A DNA stretch of 64,000 nt, taken from the human T2T-CHM13v2.0 reference genome, Homo sapiens. Shown here in pieces: positions 14,501-28,160 of the stretch (positions within the stretch are counted from its first letter, which is position 1; each line of letters begins with the position of its first letter). The stretch lies in the NCBI RefSeq assembly GCF_009914755.1, contig NC_060929.1, one strand, 5' to 3'. The notes beneath the pieces are model-generated. The model was given only the letters and a program-made list of their open reading frames with translations. It was not told the DNA's origin and did not search any database. The translations under genes were made by a program, and so were the position numbers.

Positions 14501-15385
14501 AGAAGGAGGTATGAAGACAAAAAGTCCGGTATCTCTTTGCTTAACTGGGAAAGGCATGCAACCTCCCTGAAAGTTGTCCCTGCTTCTTTGGCTGGCTGTG
14601 GTCACTGATGCCCTCTGTGCCAACCTTCAGATGCTGACTCTCCAGTGAGTGCCATGGTTGGGGTCTTCAGAGGGCCCTCTGGAGCCTTCCCCTCCTCCCC
14701 CATACAGTTCTCTCCACCTCTGGGGCAGCCTATTGCCAATTGTAGCCATAGAACCCTCTCCTCATTAAAGAGGTGATAAGAAGCTCACACAAAGCTTTCT
14801 TCTACAAAGCCTGCTCAATCCACAGACATGTCCTCACCATAGCCCATTGTGGGAGGGTGGGAGCTGCTTCACAGCCTCCCCACTCTCAGCCATGTCATTT
14901 CTTTCCAGTTCTTTTTATTCCTGATCAGGTTGGCGCAGCAACAAATAAACAGGTGTTATTTCAAAACCAATTACCAGAGACCAAATCCAGTTACTAGAGC
15001 CCAAGCAAATGAGAACAGGTAAGATTCCAGTCTCCCCCTCTTACAGGCATCTCTGACTATGAGTGATTCTCTTGGAGCCCAACCATGACAAGAGACAGAA
15101 CTCCCCACCACAAAGACTGCACTGCATATCTCATAAAGGAGAGCACACTATGGACAGCCTCCTCCTCTCCTTCCCAGCCCCCTCCTTATGTGGGCTGCAG
15201 ATGAGCATTGATAGTAGTAGGACTGGCTCTGCTACATCATCATAGACTCTGAAGGGAGGTGTGTGATATTGACTGCTGAAAGGTCCCTAGAGGCTCTCTT
15301 CATACTATTCAACATTCTGTTACAGTCATTAAAAAATAATGTGTACAGAGATGTCCTGATACACATGTCCTTCATTTTCTGACAG

Positions 15386-15555
15386 ACCTTGGTTGAATAT
15401 GGAGCAAATGTCACCATGCAGAACCACGCTGGGGAAAAGCCCTCCCAGAGCGCCGAGCGGCAGGGGCACACCCTGTGCTCCAGGTACCTGGTGGTGGTGG
15501 AGACCTGCATGTCGCTGGCCTCTCAAGTGGTGAAGTTAACCAAGCAGCTAAAGGA
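15386..15555 (+). CDS. SNCAIP: Synphilin-1 coding exon (TLVEYGANVTMQNHAGEKPSQSAERQGH...VVKLTKQLK), end of ankyrin repeats and start of coiled coil
   Basis: gacag|ACC acceptor; GA|gtaagt donor; 170 nt, phase 0/2, continues the frame. Confidence 0.97.
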
Positions 15556-16464
15556 GTAAGTGGCCTGTTGGTTCCATGAGAACCAAGTCTAACTCATTAT
15601 TGTTGTACTTAGGCTTCAGCCCCATGCTGTGCTGAGCACTCTTCTTTCCAGTTGTACAGGGAATTCCTAGCATTCTCCTCTTCTGTTCTTCCATCCAAAG
15701 TCCTCACAGCCAGCGTTCGTGCTGAAGATGCCATCTCTGCAGAGGCAAAAGGATGTCTAAACAGTAAAGTGTACAGCAAGCTCCCAAAGCAGGGAATTTA
15801 AGCCAGTGGACAAGGCGAGAGAGCCTCTCTCTGTGTTCACAACTCAGGGCCAGATTACAGAGCGCTGGAAGCACTCATAGGCATCATCTCCAAACTTTTG
15901 TCCTTAATATTTTAGGAATCATAAAGAACATGAGAGAGAGGAAAAGGCTAGAGATGGACCAATTTCCCAGTTTTCTCAAAAAGAAAAATGTGTGGGGGAA
16001 ATTACAGATAAATAACTTGGTGACTATCACCAGCAAATTTCTTATAAAAATTAATCAGATGATTCATGAATCTTCATAATAAAAAATAGTGCTCAGTCAG
16101 CATGAAGTTACTTAAAACACTTCACGACTAATTACAGTCAGTTCTTCCCTTGATAAGATTATTAAACTGGTACCAGTGCATGTCTGGGTGTCAGGGAAGT
16201 ATTTCTGGGAGATTGTCATAATATGCTTAGAGAAAGAGGTCCCAGATGAAAGGTCATCAGGTCTCTGGCAAGTTGAAGGACTAAGGAGTTAACACCTGCC
16301 TGAGGGGAACCAAGGTCAGCCCTTGAAAAGCTCACCCATTAAATACAGTTTCCAGATTGGGAAGGGTTTCCTGAAAATCAGTCAGTATTCAAAGTAATGT
16401 TGACAGATTAGGAGGGTAAATCTTAAAAATTAAATTTTAGAGGGAAAATACTCTTACCTTTAAG

Positions 16465-16468
<4 letters not shown>

Positions 16469-16495
<27 letters not shown>
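16469..16495. repeat. (CA)n microsatellite
   Basis: Direct reading. Confidence 0.95.
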
Positions 16496-16497
<2 letters not shown>

Positions 16498-17749
16498 TTT
16501 TTTCTGAATACAGCTGTACCCTAGAACTTAAAGTATAATCAAAAAAAAAAAAAGAAAAAAACCTTGGTTTTTTTCACCCAACCTTGGTTGGGTGAAAGAC
16601 CTCAATTAATTAATTATAATCCATGCAACAATATGACAAGGCCTTGGACCCTCTGCTTCTTCTCTAAGCTTAGGGAAATGTCCCTTCTCTCTCTCCTTCC
16701 ACTCTTTTGCCTTCAAGCTACAAGTCTCTGTGCCCCTCTACCCCTCCCCCTGTCAATACTAGAATAATTTCTTTAATGAGTTTAGACTTCTAGAAAAAAT
16801 AAATTAAAATTTGAAACTTGAAAAAAAGGGGTTACTGCCAACCATCCTTTGCCTAGTTACACAAAACTTCCCCAAGTTAGGTGAGCTAGGTAAACTTCAA
16901 GGTCTCAACGTAATCACAGGGAAAATGCACACAAATTAATAAGTCAGTAAGCTGTCTCCCCACAGTGAACACACTGTGCAAATGCCTTTATGAACATGTA
17001 TAGATATTTCAAAAAAACAAGTTCCTAGAAAAGGAATTGCTAGAGCAAAAGACATACGTATTTAAAATGTGGATAGATGTTAACTAATCTTTCCAAAAAT
17101 GCTATACTAATGTCCACTCCCTCAAGTAATGTATGGACATATCCATAAAGAGGAACTTTAAAATGATCCAAAGGAATGTTTTTTCTAAAGGTTCATACTC
17201 AGAGAAGGGAATCACAAAACATCCTCCTTCTTGTTCATAGCATGGAATCTACAAAACTTTCATGAGCTACAATCGCTCTTTTATTGGTGAACTGCTCAAA
17301 GTCAAAGTCTTGGCTGCTTTCTCAGTTGGTGATCCTGGGATAAAGTACACATATGTACTAGTAGACTGCAGTCCTTCAGTTGTCTCCAGAACAGAATGCT
17401 GTGGACAGCTATAGTTGGGCCAATGACAAGATGAACTAAGAGAGGCTACGTTGTATACCCTAGTCTTTTACCTACTGTATATCTAGGTGAAGTTGGCAAA
17501 ACTAGAAATGAATGGAGAAATCAACTTGGTACAGCCACAGTACACTGTGCCCTTCAGGCTCCCAGACACCAATAACATAGACAAGGACAGGAGAGAGGAT
17601 GGAAAACACTAGTCTTCCCAGTCCAAAATTCTGGGGGAAGACAGTCTTGAGTGCCTTTTCCAACCTTCAGCAACTCCTCAGAGTTAATAAACATACTTAA
17701 TATTTAGAAATGGCAACCTTCAGCTCTACTGAAGTGCTAATCAACAAGC

Positions 17750-18175
17750 CTAGGTATTATGGGTGTCCCCATCAAAAAAGTATGTTAGATTGTGACCTTA
17801 TTTGGAGACAGCACCTTTACAGAAGTTATCAAGCTACAGTGAGGTCATTAGGATGGGTCCTACTCTGACTAGAGTCCTTATAATAGGAGAACATTTAGAC
17901 ACAGACATGCACACGGGGAGAATACCCGTAAACATGAAGGCAGGGATCAGGATGTGCATCTGCAAGCCAAAGAATGCCAAAGACTGCCAGCAAACCATCA
18001 GAAGCTAGGAGAGAAGCAAGGAACAGCTTCTCCTCACAGCCTTCAGAGGGAGCCAGCCTGGCCAGCACCTTGATCTCAGACTTCCAGCCTCCAGAGCTGT
18101 GCGATAATAAACTTCTATTGTCTAAGCCACCCAGTTTGTGGTACTTCCTTACAGCAGCCCTGTCAAACTAATACA
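17750..18175 (+). mobile_element. MLT1 (MaLR) solo LTR
   Basis: gtgaccttatttggaga, cagacttccagcctccagagctgt, aagccacccagtttgtggtac...aaactaataca terminus. Confidence 0.85.
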
Positions 18176-18511
18176 GTGGCCATCTGCCCATATATTTTCT
18201 TTTCTACAATTAAAGCTGATGAGTTCTTCCTGAGGGCTACTATAGAATCCAGAGAGTAGTCTTCCTTCTCCATTCATACCTGAGATTCAAGTTGTCAGTC
18301 AACCCAATTACCCCAAAATATTTTTCTTGACTGTGTCATAATTCACTTAAAGACACATAATAAGCCCTTTAAAAGCAGACGCTAATCTTTCTTCATCTGT
18401 TTTATCCCCTCAATAAATATTTTTCTTAAAAACATGTGACTTGCAATACCAGCTAGCAAAGTGGGAAAAGTAGAATGCTTTTATGTTTTTAGTTTTTATT
18501 TTTTTCATTAG

Positions 18512-18730
18512 ACCAGAATCAGCAAATTATAGACTGTGGACCAAATCTAGCCCATCAGTTGTTTTCATAAATAAAATGTTACTGGAACACAGCCACACAC
18601 ATTCATTTGTCTATTGTGTAGGACTGATTTCATGCTGCAAAGGCAGAGTTGAGAAGTTGGGATACAATTGTATGGTTCACAGCCTAAAATATTTACTATT
18701 TGGCCCTTTAAGAAAAAGTTTGCTTGCTGG
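18512..18730 (+). mobile_element. MER58A-like hAT-Charlie element
   Basis: tcagcaaattat...ggaacacagccac...tttggccctttaagaaaaagtttgc. Confidence 0.75.
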
Positions 18731-19076
18731 TTCCCATGTTAGACAATTACATGTCAGTAGGTGAGTCTGGAAGAATGAGTGAGATAAAATGAGATCACAG
18801 ACTTCTCTGGTCTTAGTGATGAAATGTTTGGACTAAAACTGATAGCTTCTGAGAAAAACAAAGTGCTTGGAGCTTATAGAAGAGTATTAGCAGGATCCGA
18901 TCTCACATAATTAGATTTAGGCAGCTAATCGTTGCTGAGTATATGCAGTGACACTCAGCAAGGAGAACATTGGGCCAATATCTGAAGTACAGCAGTCATT
19001 TTAAGAAAATTTATGTTATGTTTGTTTAGTTACATGTCCTGGCTCGTGAGAGCTGCTGTCATTTTTTTCTGCTAAT

Positions 19077-19295
19077 TGTATTATTATAATAGTTTTCTAT
19101 TGCTCTGTAACAAATTACCACAAGATTAGTGGCTTAAAACAGCATCAAATTTATCTTACAGTTCTGTGGGTCAAGCCAAGCTAGGCAGAACACACCTGTA
19201 GTCCCCACTACTTGGGAAGCTGAGGAGGGAGCATCACTTGAGCCAGGGGTTCAAGTCCAGCCTGAGAAGCATAGCAAGACTCTGTCTCTAAAAAT
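19077..19295. mobile_element. MLT1 LTR fragment (-) followed by an Alu monomer (FLAM-like, +, ~19175-19295)
   Basis: ctgtaacaaattaccac...gcttaaaacagc, then cctgtagtccccactacttggga...gactctgtctctaaaaa. Confidence 0.65.
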
Positions 19296-19354
19296 ATTTT
19301 TAATTAAAAAATTTTTTAATTCAAACAATTTAGGAAAAGTAAATATAACATTTT

Positions 19355-19612
19355 GAAGTATATCCTTCCATATTTTTTATATATATATATCCTTCCATAT
19401 TTTATATATATTTTTATATATATTATATATATTTTTATATATATAATATATATTATATGTTATATATATTTTTATATATATAATATATATTATATGTTAT
19501 ATATATTTTTATATATATAATATATATTATATATGTTATATATATATTATATATATTATATACATATATATAATATATATGTTTTATATATATATATACA
19601 CACACACACATA
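19355..19612. repeat. AT-rich (TA)n compound repeat ending in (CA)n
   Basis: Direct reading. Confidence 0.95.
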
Positions 19613-19656
19613 CATGTGGGAAAGACAGAGTTAGTTTTCTTAAAAATGAGATTACA

Positions 19657-20250
<594 letters not shown>

Positions 20251-20702
20251 CTGCAAATAGTATTTTGTAGTTTCCTTTTTTATTTAATGAAAGTAAAGTA
20301 TACTTCATATATACATATTTATATATATGAAACTATGCTTTATATCTACATTATATAGACATAATTAGGAAGACTTCTTCTATGTCCATAGATACTCAAA
20401 CATATTATCATTTTAATAGCTGTCATTATAGAAATAATTATAATTTGTTCACTGAGACTTACTGCTAAGCATTTAGGTTACTTATAATTTTTCATTAATA
20501 TTGACAATACATATCTTTTTGGGGTACTTTTGATTGTTTCCTTAGGAAAATTTCTGAACCCGTAAGGATGAATATTATGCACATTTTAAGGCTTTTGTAT
20601 TTATTGCAACTTACTGGAAATTATTACGAAAAATATTATACACCCTAATTTATAGCAGTAACCAGTATCAGAGTCCTCATGTGTTTTGGTTGTTTTCCCC
20701 AG

Positions 20703-20795
20703 ACAAACAGTAGAACGTGTCACGCTGCAGAACCAACTCCAACAATTTCTAGAAGCCCAGAAATCAGAGGGCAAGTCACTCCCTTCTTCACCCAG
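20703..20795 (+). CDS. SNCAIP: Synphilin-1 coding exon (QTVERVTLQNQLQQFLEAQKSEGKSLPSSP), coiled coil
   Basis: ttttccccag|A acceptor; CAG|gtaata donor; 93 nt, phase 2/2. Confidence 0.97.
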
Positions 20796-20939
20796 GTAAT
20801 ACCAGCACATTGTTGTTTAGCATTCTTAAGTATCCTAAATTGTTAAGCCTTCTTCTGAACTTCCTTTGATATATTTTAAGAGGATGACAACAGAAAACAT
20901 TTTCTTCTTATAAAGAGGAATAAAAATGAGAAATCACAG

Positions 20940-21150
20940 TGAAAAAGGCACTGGACCTAGAGTCTGAAGACCTGCTGTATTCTCTGATTCTGCTATTTCT
21001 TCATTCCACGACTATAAACAAGTCATTTACTCTTTTGTAAGAATTGAATCTTTCAATTCTTCATCTGTGAAGTGGGAATAGGCGATATATATATATAGCT
21101 TGATAAGTTTGTTGAAAATGGAATTAACTGAGAAAATTTATGCAAAATTG
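20940..21150 (+). mobile_element. MIR SINE
   Basis: gcactggacctagagtctgaagacctg...catctgtgaagtgggaata. Confidence 0.6.
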
Positions 21151-21390
21151 ATGTATAAACAGTAAAACAGACAAATTTAGTAGTCATGGTAGTTATAGCC
21201 GAAGGCATAAGGCACCTTATAGCTGATACTATGGAGTATTTGCACATTGTTTCGAAAAGAAATTATGTACTTATCTGTATTCTGTTCTTATTTACTTATA
21301 CATTATTAGTGTCAGTAAAGACCATGTAGTGACTTGAGTCATTTCAACCCAGTAGGAAATCATCTCATATGTCCTTCATCTTCTTTTTAG

Positions 21391-22459
21391 TTCACCATCC
21401 TCACCTGCCTCCAGAAAGTCCCAGTGGAAATCTCCAGATGCAGATGATGATTCTGTAGCCAAAAGCAAGCCAGGAGTCCAAGAGGGGATTCAGGTTCTTG
21501 GAAGCCTGTCAGCCTCCAGCCGGGCTAGACCCAAAGCAAAAGATGAAGATTCTGATAAAATCTTACGCCAGTTATTGGGAAAGGAAATCTCAGAAAATGT
21601 CTGCACCCAGGAAAAACTGTCCTTGGAATTCCAGGATGCTCAGGCTTCCTCTAGAAATTCTAAAAAGATCCCACTGGAGAAGAGGGAACTGAAGTTAGCC
21701 AGGCTGAGACAGCTGATGCAGAGGTCACTGAGTGAGTCTGACACAGACTCCAACAACTCTGAGGACCCCAAGACTACCCCAGTGAGGAAGGCTGACCGAC
21801 CAAGGCCGCAGCCCATTGTAGAAAGCGTAGAGAGTATGGACAGCGCAGAAAGCCTGCACCTGATGATTAAGAAACACACCTTGGCATCAGGGGGACGCAG
21901 GTTTCCTTTCAGCATCAAGGCCTCCAAATCCCTGGATGGCCACAGCCCATCTCCCACCTCAGAGAGCAGCGAACCAGACTTAGAATCCCAGTATCCAGGC
22001 TCAGGGAGTATTCCTCCAAACCAGCCCTCTGGTGACCCTCAGCAGCCCAGCCCTGACAGTACTGCTGCCCAGAAAGTTGCCACAAGTCCCAAGAGTGCCC
22101 TCAAGTCTCCATCTTCCAAGCGTAGGACATCTCAGAACTTAAAACTGAGAGTTACCTTTGAGGAGCCTGTGGTGCAGATGGAGCAGCCTAGCCTTGAACT
22201 GAATGGAGAAAAAGACAAAGATAAGGGCAGGACTCTCCAGCGGACCTCCACAAGTAACGAATCGGGGGATCAACTGAAAAGGCCTTTTGGAGCCTTTCGA
22301 TCTATCATGGAGACACTAAGTGGCAACCAAAACAATAATAATAACTACCAGGCAGCCAACCAGCTGAAAACCTCTACATTGCCCTTGACCTCACTTGGGA
22401 GGAAGACAGATGCCAAGGGAAACCCTGCCAGCTCCGCTAGCAAAGGAAAGAATAAGGCA
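21391..22459 (+). CDS. SNCAIP: Large synphilin-1 coding exon (SPSSPASRKSQW...SASKGKNKA), Ser/Pro-rich C-terminal region
   Basis: tctttttag|T acceptor; GCA|gtaagt donor; 1069 nt (1+356 codons); overlaps ORF 21575..22549. Back-counting from a 919-aa protein places Arg621 at CGC 21566-21568. Confidence 0.98.
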
Positions 22460-23783
22460 GTAAGTGCTATTTGGAGAATATTCTTTTTTTTCCTTCAAAT
22501 GGATTATGTTGTTCCTAATATCACAGATTGTGGGCCCACACTACCTTGAGGGAATCCCCAGGAAAAAAAAAAAATCCAAAGGGATGCATGGAAAGCCAAC
22601 TTCATGTGTCTAATGAGACATGTCATGTTAGATACATACCCCTTGCTCTTCTTTTGGAAAATACTCTAAGAGAGAAAGGTTAAAAAAAAAATAAGAGATT
22701 ATATTCTGGTCCGTAAATTTCCCTAAATGGCCTAATCTTTAGGTGTTAGGGTCCTAGACTTGGAGGCATTTCTGCAAGATGAAACCACCAATTAGCGCAA
22801 GTTTAGTCCTGCATTGGCATTGATTCTGTCCCAAGGAAGAGTTTGTTCTCTTCATGTGATGGGATAGTTTATTCTCAGGCCCAATTAAAAAGTACATAAA
22901 TAGATGCTCTATTGCCAAAGACTTAACTACACAACTTTGGGATGACCTTTGAAATGAATACACCACAGGGACCTCCACATAGGTATTTTACAACACAGAC
23001 TCCTAAGTGTTGATTGGAGCCTATAGGAGCCTGAAGTGCTTGCCAGTCCACAGGGGATGGCAGAGTATGCCATGAACTACATTTTATAATTGCCTTCACT
23101 GGAAACCCATGCACTATAATCTGTGATTTATATCCAGTGGATAGGCGATATGAACATCTTTTTAGGCAATGTTTCCTGCAAGCTTTGTGCTTGCCATGCC
23201 ATTAAAAAATGGTATAGCAGCCAAAATGCAAAACTCTCTGTGGAATGGAATGACCTAGATCATTCTCCATGTGATCCAGATAAACCACCCAGTGGAGCTG
23301 CAGAATCTTTGTAATTTATCATTAGCTATGATGTTAGAATCCCATTACAATGAGGTCTAAGAACTGTCCAAATTCTTTTTGCAGTACCCAAATCAAGTTT
23401 TAGTGAGTATTTCTCTAATAAGTTGAACACCAAATTTTAAATTAAATATCAAATTCCTCTGTAAATTGTCCTTGTTATAGAAGACTATATCATGTATTTG
23501 TTTCAGCTAGAAAAGGCATACTCGTGCCCAAAACACCAGACCTTTTGGGTTAAATGTGTCAAAACTTAAGTCACTCAGATCAAACTTTTCCAGGTAACTT
23601 ACTGGGTTCTGCTGCTCAGTAGTAACAGAAGAATCATCTCAATTGCCCATGCTCCTTAAAGTGCATACTAAGCCACTGTCCTCTAATCTATCTATCTTCC
23701 TGCATGCTTCATGTTTACTGGGACTTGTGCATGTGCTGAGCTTGTTGCATGTTTTCAGATGATTTTTAATTGCACCTCTCTAG

Positions 23784-23854
23784 GAAATGTACAGCAGCTG
23801 CATCAATCTTTCCTCTAACATGCTGATTGAAGAGCATCTGTGTAACGACACACG
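23784..23854 (+). CDS. SNCAIP: Alternative cassette exon 9A (EMYSSCINLSSNMLIEEHLCNDT-R), synphilin-1A-type C-terminus
   Basis: ctctctag|GAA acceptor; CG|gtacgt donor; 71 nt. Splicing shifts the terminal exon into a second open frame, giving a 51-aa tail as known for synphilin-1A. Confidence 0.9.
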
Positions 23855-24595
23855 GTACGTGGTGCTAGGAGATATGCTGTGCGGCATTGACATGCTTTGC
23901 TTTGAATTGCATGAGCTTTTAAATCATGGACTTGGAGCACCTTTCATCAGGGGATAACACCAAGGAAGAAGAAAATTACAACTATTCCCCCAAGTAGAAG
24001 CAGGCACTGATGTAATGGTAACTAGGTCTTAGGTCGCTAGTCTGCCCTTGGAGGGCTTTATTCCAGTGTCAGCCAGAAGAATCTGCTCAGTTCACAAACT
24101 TTTGCTGTATTTCCTAGTTGACTTTAGCTTTCAATCTTTGTTTTAATGGAGTCAAGTATTAAGAAAGTATTGAAATTAAATTTCCTGTCATGGTGGAGTG
24201 AGTCAGCCTCCGATCAGAACTAGAACTTTGAAACAGAGCTTTAATTTTATTTCAGTGCTGATTACAAACCAAAAGCTCCTTTTATTACCATTTTGCTGAT
24301 CTCAGGAGAAGCAAGGCCTTGCCATTCTGAAATTTCTCTGTGTTAGCATTATGAACACGATTTCAGTCCATGAGCCAGGTTTATGAGTGCCCTCTAATAA
24401 AACAAGGGCCTTTCTCAAATAAGACGTTTACAATTCAAAATGCATGGACTACATAACACAGAAAGGAGAGAATCGAGTCCCCAGTGGCTGGGCCACCTCC
24501 TTGGGCAAAGTTCTTCTGCAACATAGCTTTCATCTCCCTGTGGGATGAAACCAGTATGCCTTAATTGGTTTACTTCAGAAGAGTTACATCCCTAA

Positions 24596-24917
<322 letters not shown>

Positions 24918-27800
24918 TAAAAGACTATCACTTTTTAAATATTTAAACGAATTGAAAAATTATAACATGCCATTCAGCACTCTTCCAAAATCCTCCAAAG
25001 CATGCATGTGGGTAGGTGGATAGGTGGGTGTTGGTGTGGATGTATTTGTGTGTTGTGGGTATGAATTTTAGTTGAGAATACTAAGTTGTAAGAAAGTCAC
25101 TCTGCTTTTTTCTTCCTCTAAATCAAATTTAATCTGCTCTAAGTCTTTATTCAGGCTAGAGAGAAATTAAATCTCAGTCATTTTAGGGGATGCCCCTAGG
25201 GGGCTCATTAATTCAGTATGTTAAAGGAAGAACCTTGGAGCTTCAATATTTACTGGTCACCAGTGATCTGCTTGGGTCAGGCTCACATGTTGCCAGAAGT
25301 CAGGTGTCTGAACTGCTTCCGGCCTCACCGAGGCAGGGAATCTTGGCCAATGGTGAGAGCCCAATGCCTGGGGTGGGAAAGGAATAGAAAAAAAACATAC
25401 TCATTCCCCTCCTAGACCTTGGTATTAGCCCACTTCTATTTCATTTCTCCTAACCTGGGTTCCTCACCCCTATGCCCTTCTCTGTCCCCATCTTGGGAGG
25501 AATGTGTTTTCTGGTGCCTGGAAAATTCTGGTTTTGTCCTTAAGCTGAAGTTACCAGCAACCCCCTGAGGCAAGAAAGCACAAATAGTTGGCAAACTCCT
25601 TGGGAAGGGGAAGAATACTTCTTATTTCTTCCAGGCTCCTACAGCAACAGGGAGCAAGACAATTAGTATCACAGTAGATTCTCCTGCCAGAAACATTTCA
25701 TTCTGTCTTTTTATAAGAAAGGGAACAAAGCTGAGACATCTGTTATAATAGGATTACAAAAATCAGAGCACAAAATGAGGTTATGGGGCTACTCAGTTAT
25801 CTGATGCTAGGTTAACACTTTCCTTCTCTAAGCTTAAGGAAAAGTCCTTCTAAAGGCTCAGTTTAGATTCACTGGCTTTACTTATTAACAGAGTTTAATT
25901 TCAACAATAAATACTTAGAAACCCCAAAATAAAAATATTCACTGTATTTAAATAAGCATCTTGACCCCTTCTCCTCATTACCCTGTAAATTAACCTATAC
26001 TTTATCATGGTTGTCATTTGGCATGTGTTTCCATAGGAAGTGGAAACCTTAGTTCTTTCATGCTAGAAAGGAGAGGTTTCACTCACTCATAATCACACAC
26101 AGACAGAGAGAACTAGGCCGGTTCACTCCTGAGATAAAGCAAGAATGGATCTCTCTGGCTGAAATAAAGATTCTTCTGATAAATTAAGACTAGAGTGGGA
26201 ATGTGGGCCTGAAAAATACCTAGGCTTGCCTAATTTTGCCTATGGGACCCCACTGCAAGAAGGAAAGGAACTAAAGTGTTCATCTCTCAGCTATGACTCC
26301 AAATCTTGGCCCCAAAATTTGCTTGACCACCAAATGGCTCCTCTCAGGTAGCAGGGATGCACAGAGTAGTATGACTTTGGAAGTCAGTGGCAGTCATTGG
26401 GTTGGAGTTGGGGCCAAATGTTATTGCCTCTACATGGCCCTATCAGCATATCCCTGGGGAAAAGAGTGAGGCGATGGATCCCGGTTCCAGGAATACATTG
26501 GAATTCCATTTTAGTTAAAAGAAATTGTTATTTTTTTCTGATAAAGGAAAAATAGGGACAATAAATATAACATTTTTAACATTTTAAAGAATGTCTGCTC
26601 TGTGAGGGCTCTGTTTGCTGTTTATTTTTCTAAATTGTTCACAGCTTGATAGCAAAAATCTAAATTTCTTTTCAATGCCCTTTAAAATTAGATTCAACTC
26701 TATTCCTTTGAGCAGCATCCCCAGTGTGATTCAACTGTAGAGGATCACTTGGTTTATAACAAGCAGATTTATCTTTACTTTATCTTACAAAAGACAAGTT
26801 GTTTTTAAGTTATTGTAACTCCAAGGAAATGTTTGCAATTACTTGTCTTAAAATGCCAGTGAAACATTCATTTCCCAGAGTTTAAGTCCATCTGAGATCT
26901 TTAGGGCACAAAGTGAGCAGTGATTCCAGTTACTGATAGGCAAAAGGGCATAACCCCTGGCCACCACCAGTAACACCCACTTTGACCACAGTTGCACAGT
27001 TGCCTGAGGGGTTAGGAAACGCCTAATCCTAGCACCAGCATTAGCATAGAGTCCTTAAAAATCATAAAGCAATAAACACCAATAGTGTGGGTTTTACTGC
27101 CAAGGTATTAGCCACACTGGGAACTTCATACTGAGAGCCAAGAGCTGGTATCAAATATTTTGCATAGATCTTAAGGTTGTTCAGCAGCCACTTCAAAGAG
27201 ACTGGTCTGCTTCGCCAGTAGTGAGATGACATCTACTATAGTAATGGTCATCTGCTGTGCCCATTAGAGAGTCAGAGTTTAGGGTATCATTCCCCCACCC
27301 CTAACACACACAAACACACATTTCTGTCCTTATTGCCAGGACATCATACTAAACAGAAAAAGGAACAAAGATGTGGAAGACATTGGGAAGTAAAGGTGAG
27401 GCCCTGGCTGAAACCTGCTCCCAACCAGAGCATATCCTCAGCCCCACTAAAAAGCATTTCCAGAATCCTGATGGGAAAATGCAGCCAGTGCAACAAGACC
27501 CTGGTGCTGCTGAACAAATGTCTCCTTGCCATCATTTCTCTATATATTATCAAATAACCATATTTTAATCTTGCTTTCATTTTTTGACCTTAAAATGTTA
27601 ACATTATTTTTAACTCATATGCTTGATTCTTGAAAGGATAATGATAAACCTACTCAATCATGTGGGTGTTGTTACCAAACTATGTAATATATGTTGAGTG
27701 CATCCTTCCAGAGACAGACAAATCTCACCAATGCAACAGTTCAGAAAAGTTTGTTAAAGCTGTTAATGAAAAAGTATTTAGTAAAGTAGTTGGTGCTTAA

Positions 27801-28160
<360 letters not shown>

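Noticed and set aside
22460-22549. ORF 21575..22549 continuing as VSAIWRIFFFF...
   Set aside because: Read-through past a consensus GCA|gtaagt donor into intron; no evidence for retention. The ORF start is also internal to the exon.
23759-23783. Upstream alternative acceptor (ttttcag|ATG) for exon 9A
   Set aside because: It shifts the frame to an early TAA within the exon, and nothing in the sequence shows it is used.
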